Assembly: GCA_964106645.2 (NCBI GenBank)
Contig: OZ067047.1
DNA length: 64,000 bases
Source: Podarcis pityusensis
Taxonomy: Eukaryota
Direction: 5' to 3' (one strand)
The position numbers and the translations under genes were made by a program. Under the pieces are notes generated by a model. That model had not been told where the DNA came from and made no database searches. It saw only the letters and a program-made list of their open reading frames with translations. Positions 11,101 to 22,120 of this stretch are shown here, piece by piece (the stretch's first letter is position 1; each line of letters opens with the position of its first letter).

Positions 11101-11998
11101 TTATTAGTAACAATGTGTTCCTTTATTTACAAATAACACATGCCCTACTTTTCTTATTGGCATGAAATTATGACTGGTTAGTTTTCTTCCTTTACTATGG
11201 CTGCAAAAGTTACACTTTTTAAAGCTGCATATCACCCTTGATATAAGAGAACCTCTTTGGTCACCTGACCGGGGGGGGGGAATATTGAAATATTAGAATT
11301 GCAAAATACCTGACACTTCTCACACCGCCTGGATGCCCACCACTATTGTACCATGACAGACGTAACTAATACTGTGTTTTCAAGTACTTTACACTTCATT
11401 CACTTAGTTTTATCAGGGCAGTTTTTTGCACTTATATGAAAGTAGAAATCTATTACAGTGGTACCTCTGGTTGCGGAAACGATCCGTTCCAGGGTGCTGT
11501 TTGCACCCCGAAAAGTCTGCAACTAGAGCGCCTCTTCCGCACATGTGCACAGCGCGATCGAGCACTTCTGCGCATGTCCAAGCACAATCGCTTCTGCGCG
11601 TGCACGCACGGCGAAACCCGGAAGTATACACTTCCGGGTTTGCAAGCTGAAAAGAGGCAACATGAACGTAACGCAACACGAGGTATGACTGTATTGTAAT
11701 GCAGCCTTGTATTTAAGTACTGGAATTCCACACCAGCAACAGCATGGTTTTAAGAAGAGACTGTTAATATTCCAGAATGGTAGGAAATGCTGTGTTCCCT
11801 TTTTAAAAAAGTTTTACAAAAGATCTGGAGGGTTATTCATCCTTCCTCGAGTAGGCTGCTAAGTAGTTAAAATGCTGCTCTTGCTTTTCAAGCATTTGTA
11901 AACTTTTTCACATTTCTTAACAGATTTTATTAGGACCAAACACAGGATTGTCTGGAGGGATGCCAGGTGCTCTGCCGTCTCTTCCTGGAAAGATTTAA
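7704..11998 (+). CDS. TOMM22: Mitochondrial import receptor subunit TOM22, 138 aa; join(7704-7808,8278-8396,10401-10518,11924-11998)
   Basis: MAAAMPLSPEDVLLPK...acidic stretch-LDETLAERLWGLTEMFPE...RFSRAALWIGTTSFMILVLPVVFETEK...ILLGPNTGLSGGMPGALPSLPGKI*. Confidence 0.97.
8074..8120. repeat. (ATT)n microsatellite in TOMM22 intron 1
   Basis: Read directly; source of the poly-I and poly-N ORF artefacts. Confidence 0.95.
8278..8396 (+). CDS. TOMM22: TOMM22 exon 2
   Basis: TTTGCAG|CTG..TACAG|GTGAGG. Confidence 0.95.
9375..9485. mobile_element. Degenerate Penelope-like fragment (similar remnants near 4450-4590, 22975-23050 and 35620-35720)
   Basis: Resembles the recurring reptile Penelope end motif (..AGCTTTCATGGA..CATTT..TCAGATG..ATGAAGT); recognised from memory only. 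Confidence 0.35.
10401..10518 (+). CDS. TOMM22: TOMM22 exon 3 (transmembrane segment)
   Basis: AAAAG|A TTC TCC AGG..CGA CAG|GTGAGA. Confidence 0.93.
11456..11691. mobile_element. Tc1/mariner (Tigger-like) MITE, 236 bp
   Basis: TA|CAGTGGTACCTCTGGTTGCG ... CGCAACACGAGGTATGACTG|TA; 16/20 TIR identity; TA target duplication. Confidence 0.85.
11924..11998 (+). CDS. TOMM22: TOMM22 last coding exon
   Basis: TTAACAG|ATT TTA TTA GGA CCA..AAG ATT TAA. Confidence 0.95.
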   Translation: MLLGPNTGLSGGMPGALPSLPGKI

Positions 11999-12548
11999 TG
12001 AAGCTACACTGGACCCATATCGAGGAATGAAATATTGAAATCATTTGTTTGAACTGTTTGATTAGGCCAGCGTTTTTTTCTCATAACCTTGGGATATTAA
12101 CTATTCTTAATGAAGGCAGAACCCCTATCTGGATCTCCTGCAATCTTTAGGCAGTCATGACTTTTCCATCCATTCAAGCAACATTATAGGTAACTATGGA
12201 GACTTTGGAAGCTTCTGTTTTGGTAGCCTTACCTCCAGGAAACCACCTCAGGACATGTCATATTTGGTCAACTTTAACCTGTAATTGTCAGTGTAAATAG
12301 CCCTGCGTTCTTCTCCAACTGTATTTCAGAGCAGTAACAGCAAGAAATGGAGTAAATATGCCAGAATGTGCAGCATATAGAAGAACCTAGAATGCACTTG
12401 ACTCTATGCAGTGAGCTCTTACTTGAAGAAAGATATTTGCCCTACAATGTTACATATTTGAAAAATAAGGGAAGCAGGAAAAGTCATTTTTGCCAAGTCT
12501 TATCTGTGCTGAATCTATTAGTATCAAAGTTAGCTAGAGCACTTTTGT

Positions 12549-12554
12549 ATTAAA
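12549..12554 (+). terminator. Candidate TOMM22 polyA signal ATTAAA
   Basis: Variant hexamer about 550 nt after the stop, preceded by TTTTGTA. Confidence 0.45.
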
Positions 12555-12774
12555 GTTTCAGTGCAAACATGGAAGTATTTTCTTTATTATCTCAGGCTTT
12601 ACATACATTATGCTTGCTAACAGCAGGATACTAAAACTTACCAATTGCGTGTCAACCCATAGCTTTACATGCTTGTGTTCGGTAGTAATGGCAGGGAGGG
12701 ACCCTCTCTTAACTCCCATGGAGAGTAGCTGGGCAATAAGTTCTTCTTAGGCTATACAGCTTCATACCAACATG

Positions 12775-12780
12775 TTTATT
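12775..12780 (-). terminator. Candidate JOSD1 polyA signal AATAAA
   Basis: TTTATT on +; upstream minus-strand sequence is U/UGUA-rich. Confidence 0.55.
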
Positions 12781-15091
12781 TTTTTCCTTTATATACATTA
12801 TTACAATACAATTCAGTTCAACACACAGAAGTGACAGGACACAGGAAGGCTTTTTCATTTTTAATATTTGGTTAAACAAAATACATCTCTGTAAACAAAC
12901 CCAAGACAAGGCTATAACAAAACCAAACAAGCAGGAAAACAATTAAGGGCTTCTTCATTCCCAAGCAATGGGAATGGGCTGATTCCTTTCCTCTGCTGCC
13001 ATAACTCTGGTCCAGAGGGGTGGGTGATCACATGTTCCCTTTTCCTGAGCTGCTGAATCACACCACTTTTTCCCTAAGGACAGAACAATGACATAAATAC
13101 ACACAGACGGAAAGAAACAGCTGTATGCTTTAAAAGATATTTGCATATTGTGCACTGGTCCATTGGCTTCCATGCAAACGGGGTCTCTCCAAAGTGCTAT
13201 TATTTAGCCAGCAGACAAAATAATGTCTTTGAGATTTTTTTGGGGGGGGGGGGAATGGCTTCAAGTCAGAAGCAGAACTGCAAGCCTGATGTTCTGCTTG
13301 TGAAGTGTGTGCATGTGTGTACAAATTCTGCTAGCTGGCTTTGGTTATTGGAATGTGTAGTCCAGAAGAAAGGGGAGGGCTTTTGTAAAAATAGAAGTTA
13401 TTAGGCTAGGACTGTAATACATGCAGAGAATAGCCAACACAAGTTCCCAGTATATTGCCTGCAAGGTGTCCAGAGGTCAATAAACAAGATGTTGATACTG
13501 CATTCAACTGTGAAGGGCTTGGAATGCTGGCTTAGAAAGCATGTATCTTGCTCATGCTTAGAATGGACAGATCAAATTCCAAGGATGTAAAGGGTTTCAG
13601 CCCTCCTTAACCATTACATTTTCCTATAGAATGAAACTAAAAAAGTGGGTTCTACTTCCACTGTTCCAGTACTACTGAAAATGAAGCTGGCAAAAAGCAT
13701 TAATAATGAAAAATGCAACAATAGAATAAACGGGGTTCAAGGAGAAGTCAATCGAGTGAAAGGCCACCTTCTCCATTTCACCTACTAACTAGCACAAAGA
13801 AGTGATGTGAAACACCTGAATCAGATCAGAAGGAAAACTATTTCAGTCTCCTGCCAGGGTCTTTAGCTTGTTCACTTAGTTGGTGAGGAGAGAAGAGTTA
13901 AATTCAGGAGGGTCACCTGCCAATCAGTGGAAGAATGTGGCTCAGCCTACCTGTTGTAAACAGTCTTCCCTCATCCCCAGCAAACTTGCTTAAACATTCT
14001 CAACCCCAACAACTGACAGTTGCTATAGAAGAGCAACAGAAATCTAGCCCTTTGATCTTGTTTCCCATAATTCCACTTGGAAATCAACATTTGCTCCATT
14101 TCCAGCTTCCTACCTTGCTGAAACTTGGCTACTCTTCCCTTTTGTTTCATGATTTCATCCTCAAACAGCCTGTAGTTTTATTCCCTGCTCAGTGAATATT
14201 TCCCTGAATTACAGGACAGATAAGAAAAATAAACACAGGCTACATGTGGACCACCTAACAAAAATACTTGAGGCTTTTAAATAAGCATCAATTTAGCTAC
14301 CACTTTTCCAAACTATTCAGTCTTTCATTTTCAGACCACACGTAAAAAGAGCATGAGACAGGAAAACTCCTGTAAGGAGTTCCATTATTATGGTCCCATT
14401 TTGTCTACATCTCCCCTAACTCTTGGCACAATTACTATTACAAAAGGGGAATCCACAAGCACCATACCTTTGCTAAGAGTATCTAGAGTTTCCTGAGAGA
14501 CCCAAATGGTTTGCAAATTTCTTCAACATAAAGTTTGGTGTTGGAGACAAAGGACACACATAATGAAGAGTATGGAGGCAGGAAAAGCCCAAAACTCCTG
14601 TAGGGAGTTCCACAATGAGGGTTGGAGGGAAGCAGGATTGGCTTTGGGGGGTAGAATATGCCTGGCCCAAGCCCTACCCTGAAGGAGACACATACTAGCC
14701 AAACAGGAGCTATAGGAACTCCTGGAGACAGTTGTGTGTAACCCAGTATGAAGTCCTAAGACTGGGGTGGGGTGGGGGGGAGCAGGAAATTAAAGGGGAG
14801 AATTTCAACACCCATTTCTAAATGAAAGTATGCATTATAATTAAAGAGCACAGATCTGGTTCTGTTACGTCCACCTCCTTCTCTTCTCCTACTACATGTC
14901 CAGCTTCTGTTCTTCATGTTGGCTCCGACAATACCTTGTGGTTGCCTTATGGCCTCATAATGGGGGGGGGGGGGGAATGCCAAAGTTCCAGGGAAGAGGA
15001 GAAGAGTGCTCATTATCCACATCACAGGACATTAGAAACTGGTGGAGGGAGAAGGACCAGTACTGTAGTGCGAGGACAGGGTAGTTGCAGG

Positions 15092-15191
15092 TCATGCATC
15101 CGCTTTCCAACTCTGATGTGCTTCCACCTCTTCAGGCACCACTAGAAGTAGTTCACAGTTCTTGCCTCGCAGCTGGTGTCTCAAAAACTTC
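15092..15191 (-). CDS. JOSD1: JOSD1 last coding exon
   Basis: CCACAG|G AAG TTT TTG..GAT GCA TGA. Confidence 0.95.
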
Positions 15192-18100
15192 CTGTGGCAG
15201 TTAAAGGTGGGTAGGGGGAAAAAAAACACGGTTCAAATGCAATCTTTTTGTTGAGTGTAATTTTTGGTATGCACCTGCATTCTGACATTTGAATAGCTAT
15301 AAGAGCTTGCAGGTCAGTTATGATTTGATCTTATTGGTATTCTTCAGCTGGAACTGCAGAGGTCTTAGAACTTTTGGGAAAAAAATCTTACTGTTCAAAA
15401 GACAGTAACACCCTTTAACAAACTTTGTTTTAAAAGTCTATGAAGAAAATGGAAGGTGAGCCTTGAGCCTTACTATGAATTAAATATTAAATAAACTAAA
15501 AAGAGAAAAAACGAGTGTGTGTGTGTATGGTTCTGGTTGCACCTGCCAGTTGAATGCAGCCCCCAACAACATTCCACCAGGGTAATGTTGCCCTTGCCCT
15601 GAAAATGGGTTCCTATTACTAAATAACGTCAAATGCCTACTTTTGAATCTGCGCTAATTCTGTTGCAAAAAAGTGAAGGATAAGGAGAAAGTCTAGGCTT
15701 TTGTTTTCATTCTTCACCATTGTTGGTACACTTTACTCCTTTCATCTCTGGGAGATTAAAACCAATCTACACTGTACGGATTATGCACTTCAATTTACAA
15801 TATGTTCAGAGGATGGGCACCTAGGTTATACTGGCTAGGATGGAAGAAAACCTACCTGAGCTCACTTTCACCTCCAATGGATTCAGGCACCTTGAGTTTA
15901 GAATCAAGGTTATAGTAGATACCTCCTACTTCCCGGACACAAATCCAATGTTGCCGTTTAAGAGGAAGTTTCAATGGACCCCAGCAGAGGCTTGATGGCA
16001 GATTCATAATGAAGCCCATCACATTGGAGAGGGCAATTACACTGACATCCCTGAACAGAGAATAATAGAAGAAAGAAACTGTTAGGCTCTTACAGTTATT
16101 TATAAACCCAACTAGGAAGAAGTCAGTTCCAATGATGGCAAGTCTCTCTTGACAGTCTGGTTCTCTTTACCTGCGCTTATCCCACCAAACTGCTTCATAA
16201 CCTTTGGTCTGAAGAGCTGCCATGATGACGTTCACATCATAGTTCCCGTTTCCCAGCATGCTTTTCTTGTGGGGTGTCACCATGGTGTTGGGAGACAACC
16301 TGAACATGAAAACACATTGTAGAAACATGAAGATAGCATTGGTCCCAAGCGGATGATGAAGCAAGGCTGACCATTTGGGGAAAGATGGACAAAAAGGTTA
16401 ATAAATTAAGTCCACTACTCTGTGCATTTGTAGGAAGAGATAGGTGCTGGGATGGACAGGGAGTGGGGAAGTGCCTTAAGTGTTCTCAAAGTAAACCTAT
16501 TGTTTTTCTGTCACTGGATTTATATCCCTCAAAAAAGAAAATGAAAGTCATTGCTAACATATAGAAGATTACAATGAACCATTATAGAACTTACAATAAA
16601 AGACAGCAAAGTTTCAAAGAGTGGCAAGAATAAACTTTCACAACACTAAACATGACTGGGCCCTGATAGAGTCTTCAACCAAAACAGAAGAATTACAGTA
16701 CAATGATTTCTACACTTTTGAAAAACTGGTAAAATTCTTGATTTCACAGTGGCAGATACCTCTCTGTGTTGAAAGAGCATGACACTCCTGTAAGTAAGAT
16801 CAACTATTGTCTGAACAAAGCCAAGTAGGTCATGCTGGTTTCAATCACATGAACAAGCTATATGTGGTATTCCAACAAGCTCAATCTGTAATTATGACTG
16901 GCATCTGGAAATGAGCAATCCTCAGACATTTACCATGAAATGATCTCTCCACAGCCAAATGACATTTGTTCATCCATAATTGCTCTGGAGGAACGAAGGG
17001 CACCTTGTCCTTTCCCCTAAAGGTTAACAACAGACAGTGCCACTTTTTAAATAGGCAAGGAAGATCTGCTTTGATCCATTTCACATGCTCATGGTAACCA
17101 ATACAACAGTCTATGATCTAAGACAGTAAAGAAAGCAGGCAAAGGTGTATTTAACAAATTAGGACTGCATAGGGCCACTTTGCTCTGGGGTGTAATAGGC
17201 AAGTTTTGTGGGTTCGTTAAGTACAGCCATAATCCTTCAACAATTACATTTGTAAAGACCTAAGCCACGGAATCCTTCGTCAGGAACCTAGATGTTAAGA
17301 ACTTTTCTAAATGTTCCTGAACATTTACACAAACTTCACTTTTCAGTTCCAATAAGTTCAAGATAGAAACTCAAGGGAATCCACTTAAATGTACCGTGTC
17401 TTAAATTAAGCCTCCCAAGAGTCTCAAGGAATATGGAGAACTCCCAGAAGAACAAGAAAACACTACATAAACAACACAGGAACTATTGCCTTGACTATAT
17501 TACCTATTTTAATTTTCAACAAAAACTTCAGACTACCAGCTTTAAAATATATGCATTATCCTAGGCATTTTTACTCAAAAGAGTAAGCCCCTCTGTTATA
17601 TTTACTCATTATTAAGGGTGCACAAGACTATCCATAAAGAGAGATTGGGAGAATTCCAGTTTGCAAATGGCTGAGTAGCACATTTCTCAAAATATTTGTA
17701 GTAAATAAAGGTTCAAGCATACACGCAAGGACTACCACCTATTTTTTCAGTTCCAAGCACTGTTTTCAAGCTAGTTACTAACACACATGATACAGTAATG
17801 GGACCATATCAGCTACTGTTTAGTTGGATAACAAAAAGAGGAAGCATGGAGAGCCTGATGTGTAAATCAAAGGAGCAGAAGCAACTTGGGTAGTTGAATG
17901 GTATGGTGCATGGAAGAGTTAAGAGAAGGAGGACTTGCAGAAGACACTGGTTCCCAGAGAGCAGACAGAGAGATATGATGAAAGACTGGCAGATGTAGCC
18001 TGAGGGATGATGGTCCACCATACCCAGGACAGCAAGAATTGTATTTAACATCCGGAAATAAGTGTTCTCATGAGATCCCCTGGCTACATTTTGCCTGTGT

Positions 18101-18611
18101 GTCTTCTTTTTAATTACACATTAAAAAACCTATGCAAAGCGCAGCTCTAAGAGGATTTTGTTTCTGCTTCAAAAGCTGGTACAGAGAGGCAGAACCCTGG
18201 ACAAAAAGGCAAACTGTATTGGTGGTCTTCTTAGTAAAATGTGTGGTGACTGATGAAACAAGAAACCATTCAGAATCAGTGTTAAAATTCTGGAAACTCT
18301 TCTTTTCCTCACCCAACTCATGAAGTGTTTCTGAAGCACTAAATACAACTATAGAAGTGAATGCATGTACAGAAAACAAAACACCCCCCCCCTTAACATA
18401 ATGCTGGCAAACCAAGTTCTTCTTACCTTTGAAAAATCTCCTGTAATGTGTCTCGGGTAAAGGCATTGCCGTCCTGGAAGACATTATTGAGGGCATGGAG
18501 AGCACATAACTCCCTGCGCTGTTTTTCATGATAAATACGCACTGGCATCGGCTGTGGTGTTTCAGATGATTCCGATTTTATTTTGTCACCTTTCCATGGC
18601 ACACAACTCAT
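15092..18611 (-). CDS. JOSD1: Josephin-1 deubiquitinase, 202 aa; complement(join(15092-15191,15856-16050,16171-16299,18427-18611))
   Basis: [10 protein letters not shown]...[18 protein letters not shown] (catalytic Cys)...[19 protein letters not shown] (His, Asp)...HQSWKADA*; three phase-2 GT-AG introns. Confidence 0.97.
15856..16050 (-). CDS. JOSD1: JOSD1 coding exon 3
   Basis: [38 protein letters not shown]...GGESELR. Confidence 0.95.
16171..16299 (-). CDS. JOSD1: JOSD1 coding exon 2
   Basis: [43 protein letters not shown]. Confidence 0.95.
18427..18611 (-). CDS. JOSD1: JOSD1 coding exon 1 (coding part)
   Basis: ATG at 18611; donor AG|GTAAGA at 18427/18426. Confidence 0.95.
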
Positions 18612-19399
18612 TTTTTTTGTAGTGTAGGACGTGAAGATAGGAGATGACAAAGTTTATGAAGTTTCTCCCCACCACACAAAAAGCAGAGCAAGCAGCCTTT
18701 CGTTTCTAGACAACTCCAGCCCACACAAGTGGAACACCTGCTGTTACTTTAATAGTTGTCTTCACTGGATGGCTGCAGAAATAACTTAAAGATTTTAATC
18801 ATTTTTCTCCCACCCTCCCACCTCCTTTAGCCTGCAAGGAACCTTCCTTAGTATATTTGCATCTTTTTCTCGGCCTCCCCTTGAAAAATGTTTTATATGG
18901 CCTTAACATCAGAGTGTCAGATAGAATGTATCACATCGCTCTTTTTCCTCCATTTCCTTTGGTCAATGATGCGTCCAAGACAAAGATCCACAGCCTAACT
19001 CTTAAAATATGCTCAATCTAACAACAATAACAAAAAAGGGATGGGGGAAGACAAATATCATGTAATTAAGCAAGGCCAAGTTGGTGCTGTCCAGAAGGAA
19101 TACAGGGCCCCAAGAGAGGCATCAACTGCATTTTTGCAATCTTGTCAGAGAGGCTGCATCCCCAAAACACAGATGCAGAGAGACAGGGAAACAGACTGTT
19201 TCTTCCAGGTGGGGGGTGGGGGTCCTCCAACTTTGCCAGGTACAAAATTCCTTGCCCAAGGCTTCTTGTGTTCCTGATGGGAGAAGAGAAGAGATCCAAT
19301 GAAGCACAGAATTATCAGTGCCCGGTTACCGACTTTTTAAAACAGCACCCCAGAAAAGGATTTCCAGAACTGCTCTGCATAAACAAAACAAAAAAGCCA

Positions 19400-20200
19400 C
19401 GAAGGTGCAAGGAAGGCCTGCCTTATGAGATCCGGGGTTCCCCCACATCCGGAAAGAAGGGTTTTCCTTTGCCTCACACGCACCCCCCAGCCCTCCTTGT
19501 CGTCTCGGAGGGTGCCAATATCCCGCCGTTAAGTGCGGGCAGGAGAAGCGCGTGCAGGAACTGCGGGGGGTGGGGAAGAGTAGGGAACGGGAGTTTGTGC
19601 TTGCAATCACAGCAATTCTGGCCTGTCCTGGGGAACCGCAGTCATGCAGTCAGCAGGCCCCTGTGCCCGCTCGGGGGGGGGGGCAGCTCCTTCTCTGGAC
19701 TGTGGGGCGCGGAGAGAGGGGGGAAGCGTTGAACTCGCCAACTCGGGAGAAGGGGGAACCGGAGAGTCTTTTGAAGGGGGGGCAGGAAGAAGAAGAAGGA
19801 GAGACTGTCCAGGGGTGACGTGTGGGAGAAAAGAGCTCTACTCAGGTGGGGGGGCAACCTCGCATTCTTGTTTTTTGGGGGGGGTGGGGGGGACACAGAA
19901 CGCGTCTCTCCCTTCGCGACCCCTCGCCCCGTCCCCCCGTCACGCTGCTACTCACCCGTTAGCGGCCCCAACCTGCTGAAGCCCAACAACCACCCATGAG
20001 CCAGCGCATGCGCAACCATAACAGAGCCCTTCCCCGTCGCGCGCGCGTGTGTGTGAGCGCGCTGAGCCCGCCCCCGGCGCGGGCCAATGGGGCAGGGTTC
20101 CACGTGACGTCAGAGAAGGCGGCCCTCGCGCTCTTTCCCTCCTCCCTTTCAGACGGCGCCGGAGACGTTTGCCTTTGCAATCTCTTCTGAAATCTAAACC
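19400..20200 (-). promoter_or_regulatory. JOSD1 CpG island promoter and non-coding first exon (donor CGG|GTGAGT at 19956/19955)
   Basis: NRF1 GCGCATGCGCA 20004-20014, GC box about 20067-20075, CCAAT 20084-20088, overlapping E-box/CRE CACGTGACGTCA 20101-20112. Confidence 0.75.
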
Positions 20201-20239
20201 CTCGGCTGTGCGTGCGGCTTGAGCTGTGCCTTATTATAG

Positions 20240-20450
20240 GCAGTGCGGAGTTGTGTGGCTCAGGGTTGGGCATGACGAGCCAGGAGGAGGACCGCGTGTT
20301 CACAATTCCTCCTCATGCGTATGAATCCCGGCGCGGACGGAATTCTCTGCCAGGCGTCATCTGAGCCCCGACCCACTTCACAGGGGTGTTGTTAAGGACA
20401 TAAAAGGCGGGTGTAGGCATTCCTAAGCCGCGTGGCGGGTGAGATAAAAA
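20240..20450 (+). mobile_element. Degenerate MIR/CORE-type SINE (similar remnants at about 44200-44385 on - and 51983-52062 on +)
   Basis: Eroded A/B-box head followed by core-like CCCACTTCACAGGGGTGTTGTTAAGGACATAAA. Confidence 0.45.
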
Positions 20451-20554
20451 TATAATTAACGATATGCATGCCTTTGAGTCAGAGAGTCATGGTTTTAAAT
20501 CACCGCGCCTTACCCGCTCCGTTTGGGTGCCTGACATTTCAATCGGTGCATACA

Positions 20555-20607
20555 TCGTATACTGAATAGTTCATAAACAGGGCTGTTCTTAAACCGAGGT
20601 ACCACTG
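20555..20607. mobile_element. Solitary right end of a Tigger-like MITE
   Basis: AACCGAGGTACCACTG|TA, the same TIR type as the element at 11456. Confidence 0.55.
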
Positions 20608-21219
20608 TATTTCAGGCAGCTTGCATGCATGACAGCCGCTGCCCGTTTGTGCTGGAGCAGCAAAGATCCTCCCCTACCCGACTGCAGTGATTCCCAAAAT
20701 ATTTTTTCCCCCCGCCCCCCACAACGCAGGACCACAGTTTGGGAGCCTTTGCGCTGCTGAATGTACCTTTTCTCAGGGATGAAGCTGAAGTAGCCTTGAT
20801 TTTTTTGATAAGCTAGAGTTATTTATTCAGTGTGTTGATGCGATTGTGCAGTATTTCAAATTAGAACTGGGGGCCAGTAACCAATGTTAGCCTCCTGCCT
20901 CTTGGTGCAGCCCCACCCCACATAATTGATCACACGACACGGTGCATGTACACTATTTGAATGACAATGCCCATCAACTGGGGGGGGCGACCCCCTCAAA
21001 TATTTTATTGGGAGGCTGAAGACCCCAAGGGCCCCTAGGAGTTGGCTCCGATGGCTAGGACTGATTAGCATGTTAGTCCAACATCACATGGGGGACGCCC
21101 AGTTGGGGAAGACCAACATACTTCCTCAACTATATGGGCTGTCTTTAAGATTTAAGGACCATAAAGAAGGCAAGCTTATATAGGTTAGGTTACATATGCT
21201 GAATTTATGTATCACTATC

Positions 21220-22120
21220 TACTAAAATAAATGTGCCAAAATGATTTACAGCTAAATACTGTAAAAAAAAACACACACACATTAATAAAGCAACAGAAAT
21301 ATATCAAAAACAGATTTAGTAATAATATGTTGCCCAAATGCCCATGAAAATAAATACATATTTGCCTGGTGCTAAAATGACATGGTTGGCACCCTGTGGA
21401 CAGCATTCTATGAATGAGGTGACTATAAATGGTTTTTCTCTCTTTGCCACCCTCCTTAACCCTCAGAGGGGGCACACAAAGGAGGACTGCAGATAACCAT
21501 CTTGGGTTCGGGACAGATTCATATGAAGACAGTCTTTTAGGTAAAGATATTTTCAAGGTCAAAGCAGCACTTTGAACTGGGTACAGAAACAAACTGGCAG
21601 CCAATTTGTACTGGCCAGGTCCCATGCTTTGTATTCACGCCTTCTTGTTCCAGTTAACAATTTAATAGCTACATTCTGTATTAGCTGTAGTTTCCAAACA
21701 GTCTTCAAAGTTTAAACTGGAGGTTACTAGAAAATAGACAAGCAAGGTCAGGCTATCCCTATCCAGACAGGGTTGTACCTGGGCTACCAGCCAAAGCTGG
21801 TAGAAGGCACTCTGTGCCATACTGAGGCTCCTTGTGCCAAATGACTGGATTGAATCCAAGTGTACCCAACAGCACACTTGTTTCTTCAAGCGACACATCA
21901 AGGGAAGTGTAACCTCATTCAGAGAGACGAACCACCCAGTAACGGGGTCACAGTGTTACGCTGACTGAGCTCCAGTTTGATGGCTCTCACCCAGTCCATT
22001 ACGAAAACCAGGCACTGATCCAGCACATCCACCTCACACCTGCTTTAGCTGTAACAAAGAATTCAAGTTGCATGTTGTCAACATATTGATGGCAGCACAG
22101 TCTGAGACTCCAGATCATTC
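21220..22120 (-). mobile_element. Degenerate L2 LINE fragment
   Basis: Minus-strand peptide SAFYQLWLVAQVQPCLDRDSLTLLVYFLVTSSL resembles the L2 ORF2 region downstream of RT; frameshifted. Confidence 0.65.

Noticed and set aside
18612-18650. N-terminal extension of JOSD1 suggested by the ORF track
   Set aside because: The track starts at a TTG; the conserved start is the ATG at 18611
19142-19732. 196-aa plus-strand ORF antisense to the JOSD1 leader
   Set aside because: Non-ATG start, GC-rich low-complexity composition, no recognisable homology or splice support
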